Below, piece after piece: positions 1 through 16,952 of a DNA stretch of 64,000 nt; positions within the stretch are counted from its first letter, which is position 1, and the number at the start of each line of letters is the position of its first letter. Source of the DNA: Intestinirhabdus alba (GTDB taxonomy: Bacteria; Pseudomonadota; Gammaproteobacteria; Enterobacterales; Enterobacteriaceae); assembly GCF_009711095.1 (NCBI RefSeq), contig NZ_WMJZ01000019.1, forward strand, positions 36,899-100,898, read 5' to 3'. Position numbers and translations under genes: made by a program. The notes under the pieces were generated by a model. It worked only from the letters and a program-made list of their open reading frames with translations. It searched no databases and was not told the origin of the DNA.

Positions 1-116
1 TCAGTGTGGCGTACACCAGCAAAGGCTATTCTTACTCACCCGTCCTGAGTTACCATCTATGCCACATTCAAGCCGCGCACCAGCCGCGCGGTGACCACAC
101 CTGACAGGAGTATGTA

Positions 117-1523
<1,407 letters not shown>

Positions 1524-1540
1524 GTCTTAACCCGTTCACG

Positions 1541-1566
1541 CCCGGTCTATGACCGGGTTTTTTTTG
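1541..1566 (+). terminator. rho-independent terminator after gnd
   Basis: Hairpin cccggtc-tat-gaccggg followed by T8, 18 nt after the gnd stop. Confidence 0.7.
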
Positions 1567-1801
1567 CCTGGACGGTGCCGGATGCTATTTTGCTGTCAGA
1601 GATAAGCGGGGCTGGTGCCACAATTTCGCCGAAAATTTTACTGCTGCGATATTTTCGGTAGTGATTAATTTATTGCTGGACAGAATACTCTGTAAACATA
1701 ACGAGAAGGCGTAATAAATGCCAAATTTTACCCTTTTGTCCTATAGCATTATCAACATTTACAGATAAACTACAGCCTGTCTCTATTTCTTCTTATCCAG
1801 G

Positions 1802-2791
1802 ATGTTCGTTACAGTGGAAAATAACAATATTGCCGGACGCGGCGGCGATTCAGAACAGATTGATTTAATTGATTTAATTGTTCAGCTGTGGCGCGGTAAA
1901 GTCACTATTATCATGTTTGTTATCGTTGCCCTTGCCCTTGCTGTGGGGTATCTGGCGGTGGCAAAAGAAAAATGGACCTCAACGGCGATTATCACCCAGC
2001 CGGAAGTGGGGCAGATCGCCAGCTACAGCAATGCGATGACCACCCTGTATGGAGAGAATGCTCCGGGTGTCGCCGGTATGCAGCAGAATTTAATTAACCG
2101 CTTTGGTTCAGCTTTCTCTGCGTTAGCTGAAACGCTGGATAACCAGAAAGAGCCGGAAAAGCTGACCATAGCACCCTCGGTAAAAGGGCAGCCGCTGCCG
2201 CTGCTGGTCTCCTACGTCGCGGACTCCGCGGAGGGTGCCCAGCACAAGCTCTCGGAATATATTCAGCAGGTTGACGAAGAGGTAGCCAAAGAGGTGATAG
2301 CCGACCTGCAGGATAACATTAAGCTGCAGACGCTCAACCTACAGGATTCGCTGAAGTCTCAGGAAGTGGTTGCCCAGGAGCAAAAGGATCTGCGCATCCG
2401 GCAGATTCGTGAAGCCCTACGCTACGCGGAGCAGGCCGGGGTCAACAGGCCGCAGATCCAGCAGACGCAGGACGTAACCCAGGAGAGCATGCTGCTGTTA
2501 GGCAGCGAGGCGCTGAAGTCGATGATTGAGCACGAATCCACGCGCCCGCTGGTCTTTTCCGGTAGCTACTACCAGACCCGGCAATCCCTGCTGGATATCG
2601 CCAACCTGAAGGTTGTTCCTGAAACGGTTCATGCTTATCGCTATGTGATGAAGCCAACGCTGCCGATTCGCCGCGACAGCCCGAAAAGGGCCATTACCCT
2701 GGTGCTGGCGGTGCTGCTGGGCGGGATGATTGGCGCAGGCGTGGTGCTGGGGCGTAATGCGCTGCGTAACTACAGGCCGAAGGCGCAGTAA
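1802..2791 (+). CDS. wzzB: O-antigen chain-length determinant (polysaccharide co-polymerase, Wzz family)
   Basis: 329 aa. Strong similarity to E. coli WzzB/Cld (ENNN..EQIDLIDL..QLWRGK, C-terminal PIRRDSPK..LGRNALRNY). Two predicted TM segments, near the N- and C-termini. Confidence 0.9.
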   Translation: MFVTVENNNIAGRGGDSEQIDLIDLIVQLWRGKVTIIMFVIVALALAVGYLAVAKEKWTSTAIITQPEVGQIASYSNAMTTLYGENAPGVAGMQQNLINRFGSAFSALAETLDNQKEPEKLTIAPSVKGQPLPLLVSYVADSAEGAQHKLSEYIQQVDEEVAKEVIADLQDNIKLQTLNLQDSLKSQEVVAQEQKDLRIRQIREALRYAEQAGVNRPQIQQTQDVTQESMLLLGSEALKSMIEHESTRPLVFSGSYYQTRQSLLDIANLKVVPETVHAYRYVMKPTLPIRRDSPKRAITLVLAVLLGGMIGAGVVLGRNALRNYRPKAQ

Positions 2792-2810
2792 TCCCGGATA
2801 GCCAAAGGCC

Positions 2811-2855
2811 ATTCCAGCCGCCGAAAAAACGAAACCGGGCAGTTCACATTTGCCC
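2811..2855. terminator. bidirectional rho-independent terminator between wzz and hisIE
   Basis: Hairpin aaccgggca-gttcacatt-tgcccggtt, flanked by an A-run on the 5' side and T7 on the 3' side. The two genes are convergent. Confidence 0.6.
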
Positions 2856-2874
2856 GGTTTTTTTACCCCCGCAG

Positions 2875-3479
2875 TCAGCGATGGCGCGTCCGTAAATTCT
2901 CAATCACCGCCGTCAGATCCAGATCTTGATCCTGCAGCAGCACCAGCAGATGATAGATCAGGTCCGACGCCTCGTTGGTCAGCTCGGCGCGATCCTGCAC
3001 CGCGGCGGCCAGCGCGGTCTCCACGCCTTCCTCGCCAACCTTCTGCGCAATCCGCTTAGTGCCGCTGGCGTACAGCTTTGCCGTATAGGAGCTGGCCGGA
3101 TCGGCGCTTTTCCGCTCTGCCAGCAGCTGCTCCAGCTGATACAGAAACAGCCACCGATGGCCGGCTTCACCGAAGCAGCTGCTGGTGCCGTTGTGGCAGG
3201 TGGGTCCCGTCGGGTTTACCAGCGCCAGCAGGGTGTCGTTGTCACAGTCCGGCGCAATGCTCACCAGATTAAGAAAATGGCCGGAGGTTTCCCCCTTGGT
3301 CCACAGGCGCGCTTTTGTGCGCGAGTAAAACGTCACCTTCCCGCTCTCCAGGGTTTTATCCAGCGCCTGCGGGTTCATATATCCCAGCATCAGCACTTCG
3401 CCGGAGACCGCGTGCTGTACCACAACCGGCATCAGCCCGCCGGTTTTTTCCCAGTCCAGCGCGCGTTTCTGTTGCTCTG

Positions 3480-3486
<7 letters not shown>
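2875..3486 (-). CDS. hisI: bifunctional phosphoribosyl-AMP cyclohydrolase / phosphoribosyl-ATP pyrophosphatase
   Basis: 203 aa, HisIE family. Last gene of the his operon, overlapping the hisF stop by 7 nt (hisF start at 3480, hisIE end at 3486). Confidence 0.95.
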
Positions 3487-9009
<5,523 letters not shown>

Positions 9010-9014
9010 GGTCA

Positions 9015-9914
9015 TCACTCCATCATCTTCTCAATCGGCAGCACCAGAATTGAGCTGGCACCGAGCGCTTTTAGTTTCTCCATCGTCTCCCAGAACAGGG
9101 TTTCGCTGCTGACCATATGCATGGCGACGCGCTGCCGATCGCCGGCCAGCGGCAGAATGGTCGGCCGCTCTGCGCCCGGCAGCAGGGCGATCACCTCCTC
9201 AAGGCGGTCGCCTGGCGCGTGCAGCATGATGTATTTGGATTCGCGCGCCTGAATAACCCCCTGAATGCGGGTCAGCAGCTTATCGATCAGCTGCTGTTTA
9301 GCGTCGCTGATTTCGCCGTCGCGCTGGATCAGACAGGCTTTGGAGCGGTAAATCACCTCCACCTCGCGCAGGCCGTTAGCCTCCAGGGTGGCACCGGTGG
9401 AGACCAGATCGCAGATGGCGTCCGCCAGCCCGGCGCGCGGAGCCACCTCAACGGAGCCGTTTAACAGGCAGGATTTGAACGTCACCCCCTTCTGGTCGAG
9501 GTAGCGCTTGAGCAGGTGCGGATAGGAGGTGGCGATGCGCTTGCCGTCCAGCCCTGCGGGGCCATCCCAGGCTTCGTCAACCGGCGTGGCCAGCGAGAGG
9601 CGGCAGCCGCCGAAGTCGAGGCGGCGCAGGGTGAAGTAGCGGGGATCTTCGCCCTGGGCGCGGCGGTTGAGCAGCTCCTCTTCAAGAACGTTCTCGCCGA
9701 TAATGCCCAGATCGACCACGCCGTCCATGACCAGCCCCGGAATATCGTCGTCACGTACGCGCAGGATATCGATGGGCATATTTTCCGCCATCGCAATCAG
9801 ACGCTGGGTGTGCAGATTAATTTTGATGCCGCAGCGGGCCAGCAGCTCGCGCGAGTCATCGCTTAAACGGCCTGATTTCTGAATAGCTATGCGTAAACGG
9901 GTATTATCTAACAT
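9015..9914 (-). CDS. hisG: ATP phosphoribosyltransferase (long form)
   Basis: 299 aa ([17 protein letters not shown]...). First structural gene of the his operon. Confidence 0.95.
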   Translation of the reverse strand: MLDNTRLRIAIQKSGRLSDDSRELLARCGIKINLHTQRLIAMAENMPIDILRVRDDDIPGLVMDGVVDLGIIGENVLEEELLNRRAQGEDPRYFTLRRLDFGGCRLSLATPVDEAWDGPAGLDGKRIATSYPHLLKRYLDQKGVTFKSCLLNGSVEVAPRAGLADAICDLVSTGATLEANGLREVEVIYRSKACLIQRDGEISDAKQQLIDKLLTRIQGVIQARESKYIMLHAPGDRLEEVIALLPGAERPTILPLAGDRQRVAMHMVSSETLFWETMEKLKALGASSILVLPIEKMME

Positions 9915-9956
9915 ATTGCATCCTTATTTATCCTGTCTGAGCCGGTCCGAAACGCG

Positions 9957-9993
9957 CACAAAAAAAAGCCCCCGGAAGCGATCTTCCGGGGGC
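9957..9993 (-). terminator. his attenuator terminator
   Basis: On the minus strand, hairpin gcccccgg-aagatcgcttc-ccgggggc followed by a U-tract (A-run 9957-9967 on the plus strand). Located between hisL and hisG. Confidence 0.8.
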
Positions 9994-10057
9994 TTTCTCA
10001 TGCGTTCATGCACCGCTGGAAGATCTGAACGTCTTCCAGCACACATCGCCTGAAAGA

Positions 10058-10108
10058 CTAGTCAGGATGATGGTGATGATGGTGAAATTTAAACTGAACG
10101 CGCGTCAT
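10058..10108 (-). CDS. hisL: his operon leader peptide
   Basis: Minus-strand ORF ATG ACG CGC GTT CAG TTT AAA TTT CAC CAT CAT CAC CAT CAT CCT GAC TAG = MTRVQFKFHHHHHHPD, with six consecutive His codons. Classic attenuation leader. Confidence 0.85.
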   Translation of the reverse strand: MTRVQFKFHHHHHHPD

Positions 10109-10263
10109 AATTATTCCGATGAATGTTTATTCATTAAGCTGTTGGTTAACCTAAACCACTTTTATGTCACAAAGCAAGCGCTTTTTTAAGTTCATATCAA
10201 TACTATAAATTGTCAGGCCGGACGGTCTGCGGTTAACGGTGCAGTATCGGCAGGAGAGGACGG

Positions 10264-11088
10264 ATGAAGAAGGTCGCGATTGTTGGATTAGGATGGCTGG
10301 GGATGCCGCTGGCGCTGGCGCTGACGGCGAGAGGCTGGCGGGTGGTCGGCAGTAAAACCACCCCGGACGGCGTTAAGGCGGCGCGGATGAGCGGCATTGA
10401 GAGTTACGCGCTGCGCCTGGAGCCGGAGCTGGTTTGTGAAGCGGACGATCTTGAGGCGCTGATGGACGTCGACGCGCTGATTATTACGCTGCCCGCCCGG
10501 CGCAGCGGGCCTGGGGAAGAATTTTATCTGCAGGCGGTGCAGGAGGTGGTCGACAGCGCGCTGGCCTGGCGCGTTCCGCGGATTATTTTTACCAGCTCCA
10601 CGTCGGTCTACGGCGACGCGGTGGGGGAGGTAAAAGAGAGTACCCCGCGTCATCCGCAGACGGCCAGCGGCCGGGTGCTGAAAGAGCTGGAGGACTGGCT
10701 GCATAACCTGCCGGGCACCTCGGTGGATATCCTGCGCCTGGCGGGACTGGTGGGGCCGGGGCGTCATCCGGGGCGCTTTTTTGCCGGCAAGGTGGCTCCC
10801 GACGGCGGGCACGGCGTTAACCTGGTGCATCTGGAGGATGTGATTTCAGCTATTACCCTGCTGCTCCAGGCACCGAAGGGCGGCCACATCTATAATTTAT
10901 GCGCGCCGACACATCCCGCGCGGAGCGTGTTTTATCCGCAGATGGCGCGAATGCTCGGGGCACCGCCGCCGCAGTTCCGGGAGGCGACGACGGCCAGCCG
11001 GGGGAAAATTATCGACGGCAGCGGGATCTGCCGACAGCTTGGCTTTGAATATCAGTATCCCGATCCGCTGATGATGCCAATGGAATAA
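10264..11088 (+). CDS. yeeZ: NAD(P)-binding sugar epimerase/dehydratase family protein
   Basis: 274 aa with an N-terminal Rossmann GxGxxG (VAIVGLGWLG). Position between his and plaP matches E. coli yeeZ. Confidence 0.85.
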   Translation: MKKVAIVGLGWLGMPLALALTARGWRVVGSKTTPDGVKAARMSGIESYALRLEPELVCEADDLEALMDVDALIITLPARRSGPGEEFYLQAVQEVVDSALAWRVPRIIFTSSTSVYGDAVGEVKESTPRHPQTASGRVLKELEDWLHNLPGTSVDILRLAGLVGPGRHPGRFFAGKVAPDGGHGVNLVHLEDVISAITLLLQAPKGGHIYNLCAPTHPARSVFYPQMARMLGAPPPQFREATTASRGKIIDGSGICRQLGFEYQYPDPLMMPME

Positions 11089-11315
11089 CGCCCGGCTTCG
11101 CCTCCGGAGCGGGCGGTTTTTGCGCAGGTTTTGCGCAAGCGGAACGGCCACGCGGTCTGGCCTGAGAGCCGCGATACGCCACGCTTTGCGGGCATATGCA
11201 AAAGCCGTGGGCGGGGGGCGGTTTGCTAAGAAAAAAATATTCTATCGCGGGGGCATATTGGCATTGTCAATGCGCCTCATTTTGAGGCACAATGCGCCGC
11301 CTGCAAAAAGAGGCT

Positions 11316-11349
11316 AACCGACGTTTTACTGCGCGTCGGTTATTTTTTT
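11316..11349 (+). terminator. candidate intrinsic terminator in the yeeZ-plaP spacer
   Basis: Hairpin aaccgacg-N10-cgtcggtt followed by ATTTTTTT. No annotated CDS ends here. Confidence 0.4.
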
Positions 11350-11490
11350 GCAATGAACCACTCATTTAAACCAAGAGGCCGGGCTTCGTTCCGGATAGAT
11401 ACTTACTAAAAACCGACAGTTGTTGTCGCTGAGGAATCCTGAAAATGGGGCAATTTTTTGCTTACGCGACGGCATTCGCCGTAAAGGAGA

Positions 11491-12855
11491 ATGACCATGT
11501 CGCATAACGCTACTCCAAATACCTCTCGCGTGGAATTGCGTAAAACCCTTACGTTAATTCCGGTTGTTATGATGGGCCTTGCCTATATGCAGCCGATGAC
11601 GCTGTTTGATACGTTCGGTATCGTTTCGGGCCTCACCGACGGCCATGTGCCAACGGCGTATGCCTTCGCGCTGATCGCGATCCTGTTTACCGCCCTGAGC
11701 TACGGCAAGCTGGTTCGCCGCTATCCCTCCGCCGGTTCAGCGTATACCTATGCCCAGAAATCCATCAGCCCGACCGTCGGCTTTATGGTGGGCTGGTCGT
11801 CGCTGCTCGACTATCTGTTCGCGCCGATGATCAACATTCTGCTGGCGAAAATCTATTTTGAAGCCCTGGTGCCCTCTATTCCGTCGTGGATATTCGTGGT
11901 GGCGCTGGTGGCCTTTATGACCGCCTTTAATCTGCGCAGCATTAAGTCGGTGGCGAACTTCAACACCGTGATTGTGGTGCTGCAGGTGGTGCTGATCGCC
12001 GTTATTCTGGGAATGGTTATCTACGGCGTATTTGAAGGCGAAGGTGCCGGTACGCTGGCGAGCAGCCGCCCCTTCTGGTCCGGCGACGCGCACGTGGTGC
12101 CGATGATCACCGGGGCGACCATCCTCTGCTTCTCCTTTACCGGGTTCGACGGCATCAGCAACCTGTCGGAAGAGACCAAAGACGCCGGGCGCGTGATTCC
12201 CCGCGCGATCTTCCTGACCGCCCTGATCGGCGGGCTGATTTTCATCTTCTCGACCTATTTCCTGCAGCTGTACTTCCCGGATATCTCCCGCTTTAAGGAT
12301 CCGGACGCCTCGCAGCCGGAGATTATGCTGTACGTTGCCGGGAAGGCTTTCCAGGTCGGCGCGCTGATCTTCTCCACCATTACCGTGCTGGCCTCGGGGA
12401 TGGCGGCGCACGCGGGCGTTGCGCGGCTGATGTACGTGATGGGGCGCGACGGGGTGTTTCCGAAAAGCTTCTTTGGCTACGTCCATCCGAAGTGGCGTAC
12501 CCCGGCGATGAATATCATCCTGGTCGGCGCGATTGCTCTGCTGGCGATTAACTTCAATCTGGTGATGGCGACGGCGCTGATCAACTTCGGCGCGCTGGTG
12601 GCCTTTACCTTCGTCAACCTGTCGGTGATTTCGCAGTTCTGGGTCCGGGAGAAGCGCAACAAAACGCTGAAGGATCACTTCCAGTATCTGTTCCTGCCGG
12701 CGTGCGGGGCGCTGACCGTCGGCGCGCTGTGGGTAAACCTGGAGGAAAGCTCCATGGTGCTGGGGCTTATCTGGGCGACGATTGGCCTGATCTACCTGGC
12801 CTGCGTGACCAAAAGCTTCCGTAATCCGGTGCCGCAGTACGAAGACGTGGCGTAA
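11491..12855 (+). CDS. plaP: APC-family putrescine importer
   Basis: 454 aa with 12 predicted TM helices, amino-acid/polyamine permease. Matches E. coli PlaP/YeeF in synteny and sequence. Confidence 0.9.
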   Translation: MTMSHNATPNTSRVELRKTLTLIPVVMMGLAYMQPMTLFDTFGIVSGLTDGHVPTAYAFALIAILFTALSYGKLVRRYPSAGSAYTYAQKSISPTVGFMVGWSSLLDYLFAPMINILLAKIYFEALVPSIPSWIFVVALVAFMTAFNLRSIKSVANFNTVIVVLQVVLIAVILGMVIYGVFEGEGAGTLASSRPFWSGDAHVVPMITGATILCFSFTGFDGISNLSEETKDAGRVIPRAIFLTALIGGLIFIFSTYFLQLYFPDISRFKDPDASQPEIMLYVAGKAFQVGALIFSTITVLASGMAAHAGVARLMYVMGRDGVFPKSFFGYVHPKWRTPAMNIILVGAIALLAINFNLVMATALINFGALVAFTFVNLSVISQFWVREKRNKTLKDHFQYLFLPACGALTVGALWVNLEESSMVLGLIWATIGLIYLACVTKSFRNPVPQYEDVA

Positions 12856-12872
12856 TTACCGTCGCACCTGAA

Positions 12873-12905
12873 GAAACCGGAGACCTGTTCTCCGGTTTTT
12901 TTATT
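12873..12905. terminator. terminator between convergent plaP and sbcB
   Basis: Hairpin aaccggaga-cctgt-tctccggtt followed by T9. The opposite side is A/T-rich. Confidence 0.7.
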
Positions 12906-12975
12906 GTCAGCCTCTACCGAAAGAGGGGCTGGAGCTTTACGGCGGGAAGTTTTCCGCCGTTGTCCGACGGGGTTC

Positions 12976-14406
12976 TCAGACGATCTCCTCCGCGTACTGC
13001 CACAGCGATTTCAGCAGGGCCTGCTTGCCCTTGTCGTCCGCATACTCCTGAAACAGCGTCTGCAGCTCTTCCGCATAGCGCTGTAAAAACGCCGGCGTAA
13101 ACACCTGACGACGATGCTCCAGCCAGCGCTGCTGCTCCGCTTCATCCAGCGAACCGGGGAAGTTTCGCGCCCGGTAGTTGAACAGCAGCGGCTCAATGCG
13201 ATTATCCACGAAGGTGATATCCAGGGCGGGCAGGTTGCGCGGATCGGTCTCCAGCACGATTTTCATTGCCGCGCGATCGGCGTCGCTGAAAAAGCCGTCG
13301 TACAGCCGGGCGTCAACGTTATCCGGGGTCGGGAACGGCTCCGCTTCGGCGAAGATAGCCACCGCTTTATCGCGCACCTGCGGATGTTCACGCAGCAGCT
13401 TCAGGTTGTCCAGGCAGCGCTGGCGATCGATGCCGAGCCTGAGGGCGTCCTCCTGGCGCAGCGCGTTCGCCTGGGCCAGCACCGGGCACTTATTGATGTG
13501 TACCAGCTTGATCGGCACCGGAGACTCCCCGCCGAGGTCGGCCTTCGCCGTATAGAGCCGTTCGCGCAGGGCGTTGCCATCCAGCTCCAGCAGCGGGCGC
13601 ATGTCGCCCGCCAGATCGACCATAATCACCGCGTTGCGGTTTTCCGGATGCCAGGCGAGCGGCGCAACCCAGCTGGTATTGCCGCGCGCTGCGCCGAACA
13701 TGCCGGACACGTGCACCAGCGGCTTCATCTGCGGCACGTCGATCAGCGCCGCCAGCTTATGCTTGCCGCGGTGGCTGTAGAGATAGTCGAACAGGCGCGG
13801 CTGACGCGACTTCACCAGTTGCGCCATCGCGATGGTGGCGTGGACGTCCGCCATCGCGTCGTGGGCGTTGCTGTGCTCAATGCCGTTGGCCCTGGTTAAA
13901 TGCTCAAGCCGGAAGCTCGGCAGCCCCTCATCGTTCTCCGGCCAGTTGATGCCCTCCGGGCGCAGGGCGTAGCAGGCGCGCATCACGTCCAGCAGATCCC
14001 AGCGGGAGTTATCGTGCTGCCAGCTCCAGGCGTAGGGATCGCGGAAGTTGCGATAGAAGATATTGCGCGTTACCTCGTCGTCAAAGCGCACGTTGTTGTA
14101 GCCGATGATGCAGGTTTTGGGAACGGTGAACAGGGCGTGGATCCGCGCGGCGAAGGCGGCCTCGTTGATGCCTTTGTCCCGCGCCTCCTGGGGCGTGATG
14201 CCGGTAACCATTACCGCCCCCGGCTGGGGCAGGTAGTCGTCGGCGGGCTTACAGTAAAACACCTCCGGATCGCCGATAACGTTAAATTCCGCGTCGGTGC
14301 GCAGGGCGGCGAACTGCGCGGGCCTGTCGAGCGCCGGGTGGGTGCCAAAGGTTTCATAATCATGGAAGAGGAAAGTTGGCTGTATGCTGTCGTTTTTATC
14401 TGTCAC
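12976..14406 (-). CDS. sbcB: exodeoxyribonuclease I
   Basis: 476 aa with DEDDh exonuclease motifs (FLFHDYETFG). GTG start at 14406. Confidence 0.95.
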   Translation of the reverse strand: MTDKNDSIQPTFLFHDYETFGTHPALDRPAQFAALRTDAEFNVIGDPEVFYCKPADDYLPQPGAVMVTGITPQEARDKGINEAAFAARIHALFTVPKTCIIGYNNVRFDDEVTRNIFYRNFRDPYAWSWQHDNSRWDLLDVMRACYALRPEGINWPENDEGLPSFRLEHLTRANGIEHSNAHDAMADVHATIAMAQLVKSRQPRLFDYLYSHRGKHKLAALIDVPQMKPLVHVSGMFGAARGNTSWVAPLAWHPENRNAVIMVDLAGDMRPLLELDGNALRERLYTAKADLGGESPVPIKLVHINKCPVLAQANALRQEDALRLGIDRQRCLDNLKLLREHPQVRDKAVAIFAEAEPFPTPDNVDARLYDGFFSDADRAAMKIVLETDPRNLPALDITFVDNRIEPLLFNYRARNFPGSLDEAEQQRWLEHRRQVFTPAFLQRYAEELQTLFQEYADDKGKQALLKSLWQYAEEIV

Positions 14407-14683
14407 CTGATGTACACGCCCGATGTTGTAGGTTCTTGAATTGAATCATTGCTTGTTCAGCTGCGAATTTGTCAGCCTCTGTTTATATTGCGTTGCGTAA
14501 ATAAACAGCCGCCCGGCAGAGTGCGACAGGGGAACAGGGCGAGCGGTGGCAGCCCCTATGGTAAACCATATTCCGGCCCGGCTGAAACGGCAGTTTCTGA
14601 CGGGCCGGGCGTAGGCCTCTCTCCATAAGGCCAGTAGCGCCGCGCAGGCCGTCCCCCTGGGCATCAGAACCTTACCCGGGCGC

Positions 14684-15202
14684 TTACCCTAAGCTGAGAT
14701 GGTGGCTTTTGGCCCACTTTCTTAGCCTGCCGTTGGCGTTGGCATAAGGGGAGGAGGTGTTAAAGGAGATCATGCGCCCCATCGTCCATTTGGTGTACCA
14801 CGGACTGCCGTACAGGACCTCATCGCTGCGTTGATTAATTAAACTTACGATCTCCGCTTTCGCCGACCGCAGCCTGGCCTGAAGCTCGCTCCAGTTTAGC
14901 CCATCGTAGTCGGCGTAAAATTTTTGCGCCAGCAGCCCGAGCTGGTTCCATTTATAGCCGGTTTCCGGGAAATCGACGGGCGCTCCCTGGGCGTCAGAAA
15001 CCATCCACTTAATGACCAGGCTATTCCATCCCAACAGATAAGAGACCAGATTGTGCACGCTCATCTGGGTTCCCTTAGCGTGCCCCTCCATTGTTTTCAT
15101 CACCGCCAGCTCCGCTGGAATGGCATCAAGGTAACCCACTAATTTGCTAAAATTTTTATCAATAGCGGCAAGCAGCTCAGATTTGGTTTGCGGCACGCTC
15201 AT
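14684..15202 (-). CDS. ClbS/DfsB-family (DUF1706) four-helix-bundle protein
   Basis: 172 aa, alignable over its full length to the colibactin self-resistance protein ClbS (EGHAKGT..SV.NLVSYL.GW, YG.PWY.KWT.GRMI.FNT.SPY.NA.GRL.K). ATG at 15202. Confidence 0.85.
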   Translation of the reverse strand: MSVPQTKSELLAAIDKNFSKLVGYLDAIPAELAVMKTMEGHAKGTQMSVHNLVSYLLGWNSLVIKWMVSDAQGAPVDFPETGYKWNQLGLLAQKFYADYDGLNWSELQARLRSAKAEIVSLINQRSDEVLYGSPWYTKWTMGRMISFNTSSPYANANGRLRKWAKSHHLSLG

Positions 15203-15456
15203 TATGATTTCCCTCTCATTGCATCAACGCTACCGGCGGGGCGGCGTCTGAACATTAACCGATTATGCCCCCTGCGCCGGCTCAGGGGAAGCGACCGTCT
15301 CTTCAGCCCCCTGTCCGGCGCGGCGCTAAGACCTGTCCGCGGGCATCCGGCGGCTCAGGGGTGAATGTGACTTGTGTCACATTTTCTTGCAATTTCTTCC
15401 TGTTCGTCCGGGTGAATTCCCGTAAAAAGAACCCCCGTTTGGCCACTTCTGAGGAC

Positions 15457-16647
15457 ATGTCGTTGAAACACCGTCTGTTAATTGCCGCTTCTTTGCTCTC
15501 CGTCACGCTCTTCACCAGCCGCGCCGCAGACGCCGCCGGGGCTGCGCCCCCGCCGCCCGCCGTTGACGCCGGTGCCTGGGTGCTGATGGATTACACCACC
15601 GGGCAAATCCTTACCGCCGGCAATGAACATCAGCAGCGTAATCCCGCCAGTCTTACCAAGCTGATGACCGGGTACGTGGTGGATCGCGCCATCGACGGCC
15701 ATCGCATCAGCCCGGATGACCTGGTCACGGTGGGACGCGATGCGTGGGCGAAAGACAATCCGGTGTTCAACGGCTCCTCGCTGATGTTTCTCCGGGCCGG
15801 AGAGCGCGTTTCGGTGCGCGACTTAAGCCGCGGACTTATCGTGGACTCCGGCAACGACGCCTGCGTCGCGCTGGCCGACTATATCGCGGGCGGACAGCCG
15901 CAGTTTGTCGCCTTAATGAATCACTACGCCGGGAAGCTGCACCTGCAGGATACCCACTTTGAAACCGTCCACGGCCTCGATGCGCCAGGTCAGCACAGCT
16001 CGGCATACGATCTGGCGGTGCTTTCCCGCGCCATCATTCACGGCGAGCCTGAGTTCTATCACATGTACAGTGAAAAGAGTCTGACCTGGAACGGCATCAC
16101 CCAGAAAAATCGTAACGGCCTGCTGTGGGATTCGTCGCTGAACGTGGACGGCCTTAAGACCGGGCATACCTCCGGTGCCGGGTTCAATCTGATTGCCTCC
16201 GCCGTTGACGGTCAGCGCCGCCTTATTGCGGTGGTGATGGGGGCCAGCAGCCCGCAGAGCCGCGAAGAGCAGGCGCGAAAGCTGCTGCACTGGGGCCAGC
16301 AGAACTTCGCCACGGTGCAGATCCTGCGCGATGGAAAAAAGGTGGCAAGCGGGCGCGTCTGGTACGGGGATAAAAAACAGGTGGCGCTGGGCACCGGGCA
16401 GGATTTCTGGATGGCCCTGCCGAAGAGCGAGATCCCCTACATTAAGGCGCGCTACACCCTGGATAAAGGCGCGCTGGAAGCGCCCATTGCCGCCCGCCAG
16501 CGGGTGGGGGAAATTGAGCTGTACGATCGGGAGACGCCCATCGCTCACTGGCCGCTGTTAACGCTGGAAGCCGTCGGCAAAGGGGGCGTTTTCTCACGCC
16601 TTGGCGACTATTTCCGGCATAAGGATACCGCGGCTACCCCAGACTGA
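15457..16647 (+). CDS. dacD: D-alanyl-D-alanine carboxypeptidase (PBP6b)
   Basis: True start is the ATG at 15457 (MSLKHRLLIAASLLSV..., signal peptide). SxxK (SLTK), SGN and KTG motifs are present. The upstream 64 codons in the track are a spurious extension. Confidence 0.9.
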   Translation: MSLKHRLLIAASLLSVTLFTSRAADAAGAAPPPPAVDAGAWVLMDYTTGQILTAGNEHQQRNPASLTKLMTGYVVDRAIDGHRISPDDLVTVGRDAWAKDNPVFNGSSLMFLRAGERVSVRDLSRGLIVDSGNDACVALADYIAGGQPQFVALMNHYAGKLHLQDTHFETVHGLDAPGQHSSAYDLAVLSRAIIHGEPEFYHMYSEKSLTWNGITQKNRNGLLWDSSLNVDGLKTGHTSGAGFNLIASAVDGQRRLIAVVMGASSPQSREEQARKLLHWGQQNFATVQILRDGKKVASGRVWYGDKKQVALGTGQDFWMALPKSEIPYIKARYTLDKGALEAPIAARQRVGEIELYDRETPIAHWPLLTLEAVGKGGVFSRLGDYFRHKDTAATPD

Positions 16648-16766
16648 GCGCAGGGCGCTTACAGCTCCGGCCGCGCTTTTCTTTGTCAGCAGGCTGGCAG
16701 GAGCGGCAGTTGGCTCACATAATCTTCAGGGGGAAGTTGCGGTTCTGCCACTGCCCGGGTAAAAAA

Positions 16767-16786
16767 TACTGTACAGGAATACAGTG
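16767..16786. promoter_or_regulatory. LexA (SOS) box upstream of sbmC
   Basis: tACTGTacaggaatACAGtg matches CTGT-N8-ACAG. sbmC is a known SOS gene. Confidence 0.65.
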
Positions 16787-16952
16787 AACAGCGCTGTATT
16801 CCTTAACCGGGCATGGCGTTGACGCTACGTCAGATGCGCGTAATCAGAGCGCGGGACAGCGTGAACGCGGTTCAGGCCCGACAATACAGAGGACGCGCTT
16901 CCGGCCCACGCTCTGCGGAGCCGGTTAAGGGACATAGCCTAATGGAGGCAAC

